Of a stretch of 64,000 nucleotides of DNA, positions 19,657-29,329 are shown piece by piece. The notes beneath the pieces are model-generated. The model did no database searches and was not told the DNA's origin. It worked only from the letters and a program-made list of their open reading frames with translations. The position numbers and the translations under genes are program-made. The DNA lies in assembly GCA_021799495.1 (NCBI GenBank), contig JAJZAI010000002.1:84968-148967 (forward strand), written 5' to 3'. The stretch is from Deltaproteobacteria bacterium. GTDB taxonomy: Bacteria > Desulfobacterota > Binatia > Binatales > Binataceae. Each line of letters starts with the position of its first letter. The stretch's first letter is position 1.

Positions 19657-20109
19657 CTAGCGGGCGGCGCCGTTGGGGCGGGGCGGTTTTTTGCGCGGCA
19701 CGGCTTTCAATTCGGGGCGCCGGAAACGCGCGTCGAAGCCGCGGATGCCGAACCATCCCACGACTATGTAGAACGCCGCGAAGCCGGCTTCCATCGCGGC
19801 GATGCGGCGGTCGATGCGCCATTGCATCGCGGCGAGAAACGCGGTCCCAAGCACTATAAATACGGTCAGGCGCGGGATGAACATCCGAATCGGCGATTCC
19901 GGATTGGCGGTCGCGCGGGCGGCGAGCGCCAGCCATGCCGTCACGAGCGCGAAGGTTGCGCCGAGACATGCCAGCGCCGGAAATTGTTGTTCGGCGTTGT
20001 TGAAGTAGAGCGAAAGAGCAAACAAAACGACGGCCGCCGGCGCGAAGACAATCCCGCGCCACGAAATCGTAACGCCTGCGACGTTCGTATCGGGTCCGCC
20101 GGAAGCCAT
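19657..20109 (-). CDS. hypothetical membrane protein
   Basis: Four predicted TM helices; ORF track extends to 20244 but start at MASGGPD avoids overlap with downstream gene. Confidence 0.45.
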   Translation of the reverse strand: MASGGPDTNVAGVTISWRGIVFAPAAVVLFALSLYFNNAEQQFPALACLGATFALVTAWLALAARATANPESPIRMFIPRLTVFIVLGTAFLAAMQWRIDRRIAAMEAGFAAFYIVVGWFGIRGFDARFRRPELKAVPRKKPPRPNGAAR

Positions 20110-20235
20110 CGGCGGCCAGTATCCGCAAGCCGCGCCGGATAGACAAGCCGCGCCGGCGATGGCACGCTCGCGCAAGCCACGGCCGCGGCGAATCCGTGAC
20201 GATATCGCCGCGCCGATCGCACGCGGAGGTTCAAG

Positions 20236-21015
20236 ATGTATCAATCATTCGAATATTCGGTCACCGACGGAATCGCGCTGGTGCGCCTTAACCGTCCGAA
20301 CAAGCTCAATTCGATCGACGCCGCGATGGTGCGCGAGTTCGGCGAGCTTGCGAACAACGTCCGCAACGACAGAGACGTGCGGGTGGTCGTCTTCACCGGC
20401 AACGGCCGCGCCTTTTGCGCCGGCGCCGATATCGCCAATCTCAACAGCATCAACAACAGCGGCGAGTTCATGGGCTTTATCGAGCGCGTGCAGTTGGCGT
20501 TCAACGCGATCGAAGATCTCGACCGGCCGACGATCGCGGCGATCAACGGCATCGCGTACGGCGGCGGATGCGAACTGTCGCTCGTCTGCGATTTCCGCAT
20601 CATGGCCGAGGAGACCACGATCGGCGTGCCGGAAATTCTGATCGGGGTGCTGCCCGGCGCGGGCGGCACGCAGCGCCTCTCGAAGATGCTGCCGCCGCCG
20701 ATCGCCAAGCGCATGATCTATCTGGGCGAGCCGCTGACCGCCGCGCAGGCGCTTCAATTCGGCCTGGTGAACGATACCGCGCCCGGCGCGAAAGTGCTCG
20801 ACACGGCGATGGATCTGGCGCGGCGGCTGATCAAGATGCCGCCGCTGGCCGTCCGCTGCGCCAAGCTGCTGGTGCATACGGGAATGAGCGCCGATTTGAA
20901 GAGCGGAATCGAGGCTGAACGGCAGGCGATGGCGTTTCTGTTCGGCACCGAAGATCGGGTCGAAGGGATGGGCGCGTTTCTGGGCAAGCGGCAGGCGTCG
21001 TTCAAAGGGCGTTAA
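20236..21015 (+). CDS. enoyl-CoA hydratase/isomerase family protein
   Basis: Crotonase fold: FTGNGRAFCAGADI and IAAINGIAYGGGCELSLVCDFRI motifs. Confidence 0.9.
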   Translation: MYQSFEYSVTDGIALVRLNRPNKLNSIDAAMVREFGELANNVRNDRDVRVVVFTGNGRAFCAGADIANLNSINNSGEFMGFIERVQLAFNAIEDLDRPTIAAINGIAYGGGCELSLVCDFRIMAEETTIGVPEILIGVLPGAGGTQRLSKMLPPPIAKRMIYLGEPLTAAQALQFGLVNDTAPGAKVLDTAMDLARRLIKMPPLAVRCAKLLVHTGMSADLKSGIEAERQAMAFLFGTEDRVEGMGAFLGKRQASFKGR

Positions 21016-21219
21016 AGGCGTTGAATTCCAACCGGCCGTTTGCTTGTTTTTTGCGAACGAACCGCGCTATAAGCCGCACTGTTCCGATGTATTAGGAGTT
21101 TTCACAGAAGAAGAGTATAGGCAAGAAAAAACCTGAAATCGGGCCGGAGGGAGCGCCGGCCCTGAACGGCCAGCGCCGCTGTGTGGGGACATGGCGCGCG
21201 CGGCAAGGAGGCAAAGAAA

Positions 21220-22938
21220 ATGGCGGAGTTCGACACGATCATAAGGGGCGGAATGGTCGTTGACGGCACCCGGATGCCGCGCTACCGCGCCGACGTGGGG
21301 ATCAAGGACGGCAAAGTCGCGCAACTCGGCAAGCTCAAACCGCATCAGGGCGCGAAAGTGATCGATGCCGACGGGCAGATCGTGGCGCCCGGTTTTGTCG
21401 ATCTGCATACCCATTACGACGCCCAGCTTTTCTGGGATCCGTACTGCACGATCTCGAGCTGGCACGGCGTGACCTCGGTGGTGATCGGCAACTGCGGGTT
21501 TGGCTTCGCGCCGGTCAGGCCGGAGATGCGTGACCGCGCGATGCTCACGATGACGCGCACGGAAGCGATTCCATACGCGTCGATGAAGGCGGGACTGCCG
21601 TGGGACTGGGTGACCTATCCGGAATTCCTCGACAGCGTCGAACGCCACGCGAAGGGCGTCAACATGCTGCCGTTCGTGCCGATGGCTCCGATCATGACGT
21701 GGGTGATGGGCCTCGACGAGGCGAAGTCGGGCCGGAAGCCGACCGAAGCCGAAACCAAAGAGATGTGCCGGCTGATCAACGAGGCGATGGATCACGGCGC
21801 CTGCGGATGGTCGGCTCAGCGCTTCGGACGCAACAGCGTGCAGGCGGATTATGACGGCACGCCGATGGTCACCGATTTGATGCATGATGAGACCGCGCTG
21901 GCGCTGGCGCGCGTGCTGGGCGAACGCAACGAAGGCTTCATCCAGATGTCCTACATCCCGGACGCCAGCAAGTATGAAGGCGACATCCAGGATCATACCG
22001 AGAAGCATTTCGAGGAATTGGCGATGGCGGCGGGCCGGCCGATTCTCTACAACGCGATCGCGATCAACGATGCGCATCCCGAGCGCTTCCGCCGCCAACT
22101 GCATTGGATCGAAAACTGCGCCAGGCGCGGCATCCGGGTGTTTGGCCAATCCGCGACGCTCGAAGTCGGCTTCGTCTTCACCTTCAAGGACTGGAACCTG
22201 TGGGACGACATGCCGGAGTGGCGCGAAGTCACGACAGGCACGATCGAAGACCGGCTGATGAAGCTCTCCGACCCGGAGCGCCGGCCGGGATTGCGCAAAG
22301 TCGATGAGATGACCGGACTCATCACCAACGACGTGCGCGATATCTTCATTCTCGAGTGCAAGGCGCCGGAATTGAAGAAGTACGAGAACATGACGGTCGG
22401 CGAAGTGGCGGCGCGCGAGAACAAACATCCGGTCGACGCGATGCTCGATATCGCCTGCGCCGACGGGCTGAACACGGATTTCTACACGCCGCCGATCAAC
22501 GTGCGCAACGACTATCTGAAAGAGATGGTAACCTCGCCCGGCATGGCGATTTTCGGCGTGTCGGACGGCGGCGCGCATACGAAATTCTTCTCGGGCGGAC
22601 GCTATTCCACCGAGGCGATCATCAAGATGGGGCGCGACAACGATATTCTGCCGCTCGAGGAGATTCATTTCCGCCTGAGCGCCCATCCCGCGATGTGCGC
22701 GGGCTTCCGCAACCGCGGCACGCTGGTCGAGGGCAATTGGGCCGACGCGGTGATTTACGACCTCGATCGCCTCGCGATCAAGCCGATGGAGATCGTGCAT
22801 GATTTTCCCGGCGGCGAATGGCGCCGCGTGCAGCGTCCGGAAGGATACTCGGCGGTGATGGTCAACGGCGACGTGATTATCGACCATGGCCGGGAAACCA
22901 GCGCGACGCCGGGCAAACTGCTGCGCCGTGGCGGCTGA
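21220..22938 (+). CDS. N-acyl-D-amino-acid deacylase / D-aminoacylase family amidohydrolase
   Basis: MAEFDTIIRGGMVVDGT...GFVDLHTHYD metal-binding N-terminus of amidohydrolase_3; strong RBS aaggaggcaaagaaaATG. Confidence 0.85.
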   Translation: MAEFDTIIRGGMVVDGTRMPRYRADVGIKDGKVAQLGKLKPHQGAKVIDADGQIVAPGFVDLHTHYDAQLFWDPYCTISSWHGVTSVVIGNCGFGFAPVRPEMRDRAMLTMTRTEAIPYASMKAGLPWDWVTYPEFLDSVERHAKGVNMLPFVPMAPIMTWVMGLDEAKSGRKPTEAETKEMCRLINEAMDHGACGWSAQRFGRNSVQADYDGTPMVTDLMHDETALALARVLGERNEGFIQMSYIPDASKYEGDIQDHTEKHFEELAMAAGRPILYNAIAINDAHPERFRRQLHWIENCARRGIRVFGQSATLEVGFVFTFKDWNLWDDMPEWREVTTGTIEDRLMKLSDPERRPGLRKVDEMTGLITNDVRDIFILECKAPELKKYENMTVGEVAARENKHPVDAMLDIACADGLNTDFYTPPINVRNDYLKEMVTSPGMAIFGVSDGGAHTKFFSGGRYSTEAIIKMGRDNDILPLEEIHFRLSAHPAMCAGFRNRGTLVEGNWADAVIYDLDRLAIKPMEIVHDFPGGEWRRVQRPEGYSAVMVNGDVIIDHGRETSATPGKLLRRGG

Positions 22939-23049
22939 TTGATCGAACGGACGCGGGCGCCGCGGATTTCCCCGGCGCCCGCGCGGTACGTCGAAAACAG
23001 CGTCGCGAATGCGGCGCGCGCATTTGGAAAATCGGGAGGGGACAAGCGA

Positions 23050-23547
23050 GTGGGAAAATCCGGATGGGTCATGGGGCTGATAGGCGCAACTGCTCTGGCG
23101 TGCGCGGTATCGGCGCCGGCGTATGCGGCGGGCGGCGCCAAGGCGGAAATCGTCGCCTTCGAGCACAAATGCATCCAGGCGCAAACCACCGATCAATCGA
23201 TGGCCTGCGTCGATAAGAACGACGTTACGTTTTACGACTTCGTGCCGCCGCTCAAGTATTCGGGCGCGGAAGCGGTGCGCAAGGATTTGGCCGCCTTCTT
23301 CGACAACGCCACGGATATCAAGGCGAAATTCCTTGAGCTCGACGTCGTTACCGACGGCAGGTTGGGCGTCGCCAACAGCATCCAGCACTTCACCTGGAAA
23401 GATAAATCGGGCAAGGAGATGTCAGGAAATTTCCGCGTTACCGATTGTCTCCATAAAGTGGACGGCAAGTGGAAGATCTTCCATTCGCACATCTCGGTGC
23501 CGGTTGATCCGGCGACCGGCAAAGCCGTGATGGATGCGAAAATGTAG
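23050..23547 (+). CDS. secreted SnoaL-like/DUF4440 (NTF2-fold) protein
   Basis: Signal peptide MGLIGATALACAVSAPAYAAGG; NTF2-like fold; GTG 23050 preceded by GGGAGG; alternative ATG 23071. Confidence 0.6.
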   Translation: MGKSGWVMGLIGATALACAVSAPAYAAGGAKAEIVAFEHKCIQAQTTDQSMACVDKNDVTFYDFVPPLKYSGAEAVRKDLAAFFDNATDIKAKFLELDVVTDGRLGVANSIQHFTWKDKSGKEMSGNFRVTDCLHKVDGKWKIFHSHISVPVDPATGKAVMDAKM

Positions 23548-23667
23548 AATTTTTTCTGGAACCATGACGGCGTGAGCGCGGAGGGTCGCCAAACGGCGGG
23601 CCTCCACACATTTTTTAATGCGGTTCCGTTACCGCCAACGATTGCCTATGATAGTGCATTGCCGCTC

Positions 23668-24552
23668 ATGGATTTTGTCGTAAAGCTCGCCGGCTGGATG
23701 CCGCCGTCGTGGCGTGACGCGCTCGACGGTCTCAGGTCGCGCCATCCTCGTTTCAACGCGTTAATCAAGCGTTTCATCTTGGTTGCGAGCAGGGGCGACG
23801 CGACGATAGCGCGAGGCGTCGGCGAGGGACTGCGATTCAACGCCGCAAATTCCGCGATGGGCTTTCTGATGGGCACGCACGACCCGATTTCGCAGGGCGC
23901 GCTCAAGATGCTGCTCAAGCCTGGCATGGCGTTTTTCGATATCGGCGCCAATGTCGGCTTCTTCTCGGTTATCGCGGCGCGGTTGGTCGGCCCCGGCGGA
24001 CAGGTGGTCGCGTTCGAGCCGTTGCCGGCGAACGCGCGCGCGCTCGCGCATAATGCCCGGCTCAACGGATTTCGCAACCTCGCGGTGCGGCAGGAAGCGC
24101 TCGCCGCGTCGGATGGCGAGGCTACGTTTTTGCTTTCCGCCGAGCCGACCTGGGGTAAATTGAGCGGCGCGGGCAAGCCTCCGGATCAGCAAGACGGCGA
24201 AACGACGGTCGCGGTGCGCCGTTTGGACAACGTGATCGAGCGCGATGGTCTTCCGGTTCCGAACGTGATGAAAATCGACGTCGAAGGCGCCGAGGTCGAT
24301 CTGCTCGCGGGCGCGGAGCGGACGCTGCGCGAGCGCCGGCCGGTAATTTTAATGGAACTCCACGGAACCAACCGCGATATCGCCGCGAAGCTGGCCGCGC
24401 TGAACTATGTCGCCGCGGTGCTGGGCGCGCCCGATGAGGTCGCCGTCGCGCACTGGAACGCGAACATAATCGCAATTCCGGCCGAGCGCGCCGATCTCGC
24501 GCCGCTCGTCGCGCAGTTGCGCTCTCCCGACGCCGCGGCGCTCGCCGCCTGA
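23668..24552 (+). CDS. FkbM family methyltransferase
   Basis: FFDIGANVGFFS SAM motif and VMKIDVEGAEVDLL motif characteristic of FkbM. Confidence 0.8.
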   Translation: MDFVVKLAGWMPPSWRDALDGLRSRHPRFNALIKRFILVASRGDATIARGVGEGLRFNAANSAMGFLMGTHDPISQGALKMLLKPGMAFFDIGANVGFFSVIAARLVGPGGQVVAFEPLPANARALAHNARLNGFRNLAVRQEALAASDGEATFLLSAEPTWGKLSGAGKPPDQQDGETTVAVRRLDNVIERDGLPVPNVMKIDVEGAEVDLLAGAERTLRERRPVILMELHGTNRDIAAKLAALNYVAAVLGAPDEVAVAHWNANIIAIPAERADLAPLVAQLRSPDAAALAA

Positions 24553-24553
24553 C

Positions 24554-25714
24554 GTGCCGCCGCTCAGCCGCCGCCGGCTTCTCACGATCGGACATTCCTA
24601 TTGCGTCGCCCTGAATCGGCGCCTCGCTCACGAGATGGCGCGGGCTGGAGCCGATCGCTGGGAGGTGACCGCCGTCGCTCCCGATTTTTTCCACGGCGAC
24701 TTGCGCGATATTCCGCTTGAAGCGATTCCGGACGAGGCTTGCCGCCTCGAACCGGTTCCGGCGCGGCTGTCGCGCCGGATTCATCTTTTCTTTTACGGCG
24801 CGAAATTGGCTTCGCTCATGCGCGCGGGCTGGGACGTCGTGCATTGCTGGGAGGAGCCGTACATCGTCGCCGGCGGTCAAATCGCGCGTCTCACGCCGCG
24901 CTCGGCCGCGCTGGTCTATTGGACCGGCCAGACGATCGCCAAGCGTTATCCGCCGCCGTTCGCGATGATCGAGCGCTACAGTATGGCGCGCGCCGCCGGA
25001 TGGGCCGCGCGGGGAAATATCGGCGCTGAGACGCTGAAAGCGCGCGCCGGCTACGATCGCTTGCCCTGGCGGGTGCTGCCGCTTGGAATCGACGCCGAAA
25101 TTTTCAGGTCCGACCCGGCCGCGGGCCGCGCGATCCGCGAACAACTCGGATGGGCCGGCGACGGCGCGCCGATCGTTGGTTACCTGGGGCGGATGGTCGA
25201 GGCCAAGGGCGTTTCAATGCTGATGCGCGCGCTCGAAAACGTGGCGGCGCCGTGGCGCGCGCTGTTCGTGGGCGGTGGACCGATGGAACCCGAAATCAAG
25301 CGATGGGCGGACCGCTTTCCGGGCCGCGTGCGTATCGCCACCGTGCCGCACGCCGAAGTTCCGGCTTATCTGAACGCGATGGATCTGCTTTGCGCGCCGA
25401 GCCAGACCACGCCGGGATGGCGCGAGATCTTCGGCCGGATGATAATCGAGGCGTTCGCCTGCGGCGTGCCGGTCGTCGCCAGCGACAGCGGCGAAATTCC
25501 GGCCGTGGCCGGTGGCGCCGCGATGGTCGTGGGCGAGCGCGATCAACCCGGATGGGCCGCGGCGATCGCGGAATTGATCGGCGATCCGAAGCGGCGGCGC
25601 GATCTCGCGGCGCGCGGACTCGAGCGCGTGCGCGCCAACTACGCCTGGCCGATCGTCGCGCGGATGCATCTCGAATTTTTCGATGAAGTGCTCGCGCGGC
25701 GCGCGCCGGCCTGA
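24554..25714 (+). CDS. glycosyltransferase family 4 (GT-B, GT1 superfamily)
   Basis: GTG start; C-terminal IIEAFACGVPVVASDSGEIP and EX7E-like region. Confidence 0.88.
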   Translation: MPPLSRRRLLTIGHSYCVALNRRLAHEMARAGADRWEVTAVAPDFFHGDLRDIPLEAIPDEACRLEPVPARLSRRIHLFFYGAKLASLMRAGWDVVHCWEEPYIVAGGQIARLTPRSAALVYWTGQTIAKRYPPPFAMIERYSMARAAGWAARGNIGAETLKARAGYDRLPWRVLPLGIDAEIFRSDPAAGRAIREQLGWAGDGAPIVGYLGRMVEAKGVSMLMRALENVAAPWRALFVGGGPMEPEIKRWADRFPGRVRIATVPHAEVPAYLNAMDLLCAPSQTTPGWREIFGRMIIEAFACGVPVVASDSGEIPAVAGGAAMVVGERDQPGWAAAIAELIGDPKRRRDLAARGLERVRANYAWPIVARMHLEFFDEVLARRAPA

Positions 25715-25747
25715 ACGCTCATCCTGTTAGCAACGGCGCGATTTGTC

Positions 25748-26860
25748 TCACCCGGCCTTGGGCGGCAGCGCTTCGAACCATGGCGCGACCAGCTTTTCGT
25801 TTATCGAATAGGGAAATGCATGTCCCCATTCGGGGAGCTCTTCGTATTTGAGGTTGTAGCCGATCGCGCTCAGCAGTTCGTTGGTCTGCCGCGTAAAAGC
25901 GACCGGGAAAATGAAATCGTGCACGCCGTGAATCACGAAAATCGGCGTGTCCTTGCCGCGTCCCTCGCGCAACATCGGATCGGCCGCCATATGCAGCGCG
26001 CCGGCGACCGGCGCGATGCCGCGGAAACGCTCGTGATGTTCGAGGCCCAGGATGTAGGTGAAGATGCCGCCGTCGGAGAGGCCACTGAGATAGATTCGCG
26101 AAGGATCGATCGGATAATCGCGAGCGACTTCGTCGATCATCGCCAGCACCGAGCGCGCGTCGGAACTGCGCAAATTCATTTCCCAGGTGTTGCCCCATGA
26201 TTTTGGCGCCAGCAGCGCCCATCGCCGGCTCCGCGCCGGCCGAAGCCACGTCCAGATATATTCCGAGCCTTGACCGTAGCCGCCGTGCAGCGCGACCACC
26301 AGCGGCATCGCCGCGCCCGGCGCGTAGTCCTCGGGAATGTAGAGCGTGTAATCGGATCGGGAATCGTTGCGCGGATGCTGCGTGAAGCCCGCCGCGGCCG
26401 ATCCCGCGTGACGTTCGGTGATGCGTGGCGCCGTGGCGCCCGCGCTCAGAAAATGCGCGTCGGCCAGCGGCATCAGCTCGCGCAATTCGTACATCTGGTA
26501 CAGGCCGGAGCAGAAAGCGCGGCGGCTGTAGAGAAACGCCAGCGTCCAATCGCGATTCGGCGGCGCCATGAAGAGATTGCACGATTTGCCGAATTCGGTG
26601 GCCGCCGCGCAAATCCGCTCGTGACGATCTTTGAATTCTTCCGGCGGCGCGAGCGGCGCGAATTCCTTTTCGAAGCGGCGGAACGTGGCTCCGACCGCCG
26701 CGACCAGGCGGGCCTGGCTGTCTTTTACGTCGCCGAGGCGCAAGTTTTCGTGGATATCCTCGAATACTTCGAGGAACTTCACGAGTTCGCGTTCCAGTTC
26801 GTTCCACGCCGCCTGATATTCAGCTTGGGTCATCGCGCTTCTCTCCGTTTGCGCGAGCAT
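25748..26860 (-). CDS. alpha/beta-hydrolase esterase (phospholipase/carboxylesterase or PHB-depolymerase-like) with N-terminal domain of unknown function
   Basis: GLSDGG nucleophile elbow, HGVHD acid/His region; 150-180 aa N-terminal helical region without match. Confidence 0.75.
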   Translation of the reverse strand: MLAQTERSAMTQAEYQAAWNELERELVKFLEVFEDIHENLRLGDVKDSQARLVAAVGATFRRFEKEFAPLAPPEEFKDRHERICAAATEFGKSCNLFMAPPNRDWTLAFLYSRRAFCSGLYQMYELRELMPLADAHFLSAGATAPRITERHAGSAAAGFTQHPRNDSRSDYTLYIPEDYAPGAAMPLVVALHGGYGQGSEYIWTWLRPARSRRWALLAPKSWGNTWEMNLRSSDARSVLAMIDEVARDYPIDPSRIYLSGLSDGGIFTYILGLEHHERFRGIAPVAGALHMAADPMLREGRGKDTPIFVIHGVHDFIFPVAFTRQTNELLSAIGYNLKYEELPEWGHAFPYSINEKLVAPWFEALPPKAG

Positions 26861-26966
26861 AGCCGCTTGCGCGCCGTTCGGCACGTCCGCCGCGTCTCGC
26901 CGATCGGAATGAAGAGGTGTAAGTTGGCCGCTGGTTATACCCGCGCGAAAGGATTTGGGTCCCGCC

Positions 26967-28007
26967 ATGTTGGATTTTGGCTTGCTGTTCGCCTTCCGCC
27001 GTCCGGATTTCGGGCGCGATTCGTTCGTCGAGCTCTATCGCAAGCATCTCGACCTTTGCGTCGCCGCCGAGGAGTTGGGGTACGACACGGTATGGCTGAC
27101 GGAGCATCATTTTGTTCCCGACGGCTACTCGCCGTCGCTGCTGCCGATCGCGGGCGCGATTGCGGCGCGCACCAGGCGCATCCGTATAGGAACCTTCGTG
27201 CTATTGCTGCCGCTGCACGATCCCTTGCGCGTGGCCGAAGACGCCGCGACCGTCGATATCATCTCGAACGGCCGGCTCGATCTCGGCCTTGGCCAGGGCT
27301 ATCGCGTGCCCGAGTTCACCGGCTTCGGCGTGCCGCGCAAGGAGCGTGGCGCGCGCCTCGAAGAAGGAACGGAAATCATCCGCCGGGCATGGACCGAAGA
27401 CGGATTTTCGTTCGACGGCCGGTTCAACCGCTTGAGCAATATCACGCTCGTGCCCAAACCCGTCCAGCAGCCGCATCCGCCGCTCTGGCTCGCGGGCCGC
27501 GGACCGAAATCGATCGCGCGCCTGGCGCGCCACGGCTACAACCTCTGCGGCACCGGCGGACCGGATCAGCAGCAAATGTACGACGCGGCGTTGCGGGAGC
27601 ACGGCAAAAATCCGGCGGATTTCAAAATCGCGCAGTTGCGCAACGCCTTCGTCGCGCGCAATCCCGGAGAGGCGTGGGATCATTCCGAGCGCGGCCTGCA
27701 TTACATGCTCTCGTGCTACGGCGAATGGTTCCGCGAGGCGAGCGATCTTCCCGGCGACGAGCTGTACGGCCAGAACATCCCGCCGGTCGGTGAGTTGCGC
27801 CACAGCGACACGGCGCGATTTTTCGGCGAGCCGCCGATCGTCGGCACGCCGGCGGCCGCGATCGAGCTGATCGAGGATTACTTGCGCCGCACCCGCGTGA
27901 CCCATCTGGTGCTCTACATGGCCGTTCCCGGCGCCGACGCGGCGGCGGTGCATGAGAGCATGAAACTGTTCGCGGCGGAGGTGATGCCGCATTTCCGCCA
28001 GCGCTGA
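26967..28007 (+). CDS. LLM-class flavin-dependent oxidoreductase (luciferase-like monooxygenase)
   Basis: WLTEHHF, TIM-barrel LLM signatures; TTG 26955 also possible. Confidence 0.88.
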   Translation: MLDFGLLFAFRRPDFGRDSFVELYRKHLDLCVAAEELGYDTVWLTEHHFVPDGYSPSLLPIAGAIAARTRRIRIGTFVLLLPLHDPLRVAEDAATVDIISNGRLDLGLGQGYRVPEFTGFGVPRKERGARLEEGTEIIRRAWTEDGFSFDGRFNRLSNITLVPKPVQQPHPPLWLAGRGPKSIARLARHGYNLCGTGGPDQQQMYDAALREHGKNPADFKIAQLRNAFVARNPGEAWDHSERGLHYMLSCYGEWFREASDLPGDELYGQNIPPVGELRHSDTARFFGEPPIVGTPAAAIELIEDYLRRTRVTHLVLYMAVPGADAAAVHESMKLFAAEVMPHFRQR

Positions 28008-28137
28008 CAACATCGCTCCCGCGCCTGGGTCCAGCGGGCCGCACGGAACGCGATCGCAAATCGACTAGGCCGGCGTTTGGGATGTCGTCCGCCGGCCCGG
28101 ATTAATTTATGGCGCAAGCGCGCGTTGAGCGTGCGCG

Positions 28138-28977
28138 TCAAGATTTTCCCAGGCGCCCGTTCAGCTCGCCGATCTTGAGCTCGCCCGCGCGGGTTTGTCC
28201 CCCGATTTCGAGGAACCTGCGCATATTGCGTTTTCCGCTTTCGGTGCGCACGAGTTGCTGGAACAGATAGCTCTCGTCTCTGAGGCCTTCGGCGAGAGGT
28301 TTCTCGGCCGAATTGATCGCCTGCTTGGTCAGCCGCACCGCTTCGGCCGGAAACGAGGCGATTCGTTGCGCCAGCCATTCGACGTACTGTCCGATCTGCC
28401 CGGCGTCGAAAACGCGATTCAGATAGCCCCAGCGTTCCGCGGTTTCGGCGTCCAGATCGATTCCGCCGAGGATAACCTCGACCGCGCGATTTCTGCCGAT
28501 CAATCGCGGCAGGCGTTGCGTGCCCGTGCCGCCGGGAAGAATTCCGAGCGGCACCTCCATCTGATTCACGATCGTTTTGCCGCGCACGCCGAAGCGCATG
28601 TCGAACGACATCGCCAGCTCCGATCCGCCGCCGCCTGCGCGGCCCTCGATCTGCGCTATCGTGATCTTGTCCATCAGACGGAAGCGCTCGCACATGTCGT
28701 GATAGAACGCGTTGGCGTAATCTTCGTGGCGCGCGGGCTTGTCGGTCGGAAATTCCAGAATCGCGCTGACGTCGAAGTGTGCGATGAAGAAATCCGGGTT
28801 GGCGCTCCGCAGCACCACCACGAGCAGGTTCGGGTCGGCTTCGAGTTCGCTCGACAGCCGGACGAGGTCGTCCAGCAGCGGCGCGGTGATCAGGTTGATC
28901 GGCGGATTGTCGATCGTCGCGTATGCGACTTTTCCGCGCACCTCCACATTCACGACCTTGTAGTTCTCGTATGCCAT
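28138..28977 (-). CDS. enoyl-CoA hydratase/isomerase family protein
   Basis: Crotonase fold IAQIEGRAGGGGSELAMSFDMRF; start at MAYENYK. Confidence 0.85.
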   Translation of the reverse strand: MAYENYKVVNVEVRGKVAYATIDNPPINLITAPLLDDLVRLSSELEADPNLLVVVLRSANPDFFIAHFDVSAILEFPTDKPARHEDYANAFYHDMCERFRLMDKITIAQIEGRAGGGGSELAMSFDMRFGVRGKTIVNQMEVPLGILPGGTGTQRLPRLIGRNRAVEVILGGIDLDAETAERWGYLNRVFDAGQIGQYVEWLAQRIASFPAEAVRLTKQAINSAEKPLAEGLRDESYLFQQLVRTESGKRNMRRFLEIGGQTRAGELKIGELNGRLGKS

Positions 28978-29329
28978 TGCTTCTCCGTTAGAGCCGTATG
29001 GTTTGGAACGTCGCGGCTCCGCATCTTCATTCCAACCCGGATTCGCGTTTTGCGGGTTGACTATCAATTTGGCGAAGGGTCGTAAAGCCTTTGATGGATG
29101 CCGGTTTGGATGCGACGAGGCGTCGCGGAGCTGAAGCGGTGGAGGATGAGAAGCGCGAGAGGCCTTTCAGCTCTCGTTCAATGGCAGGTCAAGGGTCGAT
29201 TTCGAAGACGTGCGGATAACTTTCGAGCGCGGCCTGCCCGGCACAGTTTCTTTGCCAGACGATGGCCGCTGATGGTACTTACTGAATTAGCAGGCGCTTT
29301 CAAGACTGCGCGCGCAGGAGCCAACGACG

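Noticed and set aside
21016-21219. Promoter-like TTGCTT ... TATAAG upstream of the D-aminoacylase gene
   Set aside because: Spacer lengths (22 or 11 nt) do not fit a sigma70 promoter. Only the RBS aaggagg is convincing.
21067-23388. 773-aa minus-strand ORF, the longest non-genic ORF in the window
   Set aside because: It is antisense to the D-aminoacylase and SnoaL-like genes. It has no domains, and the D-aminoacylase has a strong RBS and metal-binding motifs.
28008-28137. GC-rich inverted repeat ggccggcg...cgccggcc between the convergent LLM and enoyl-CoA hydratase genes
   Set aside because: It may be a bidirectional terminator, but it lacks flanking U or A tracts and has a 14-nt loop. It is too weak to call.
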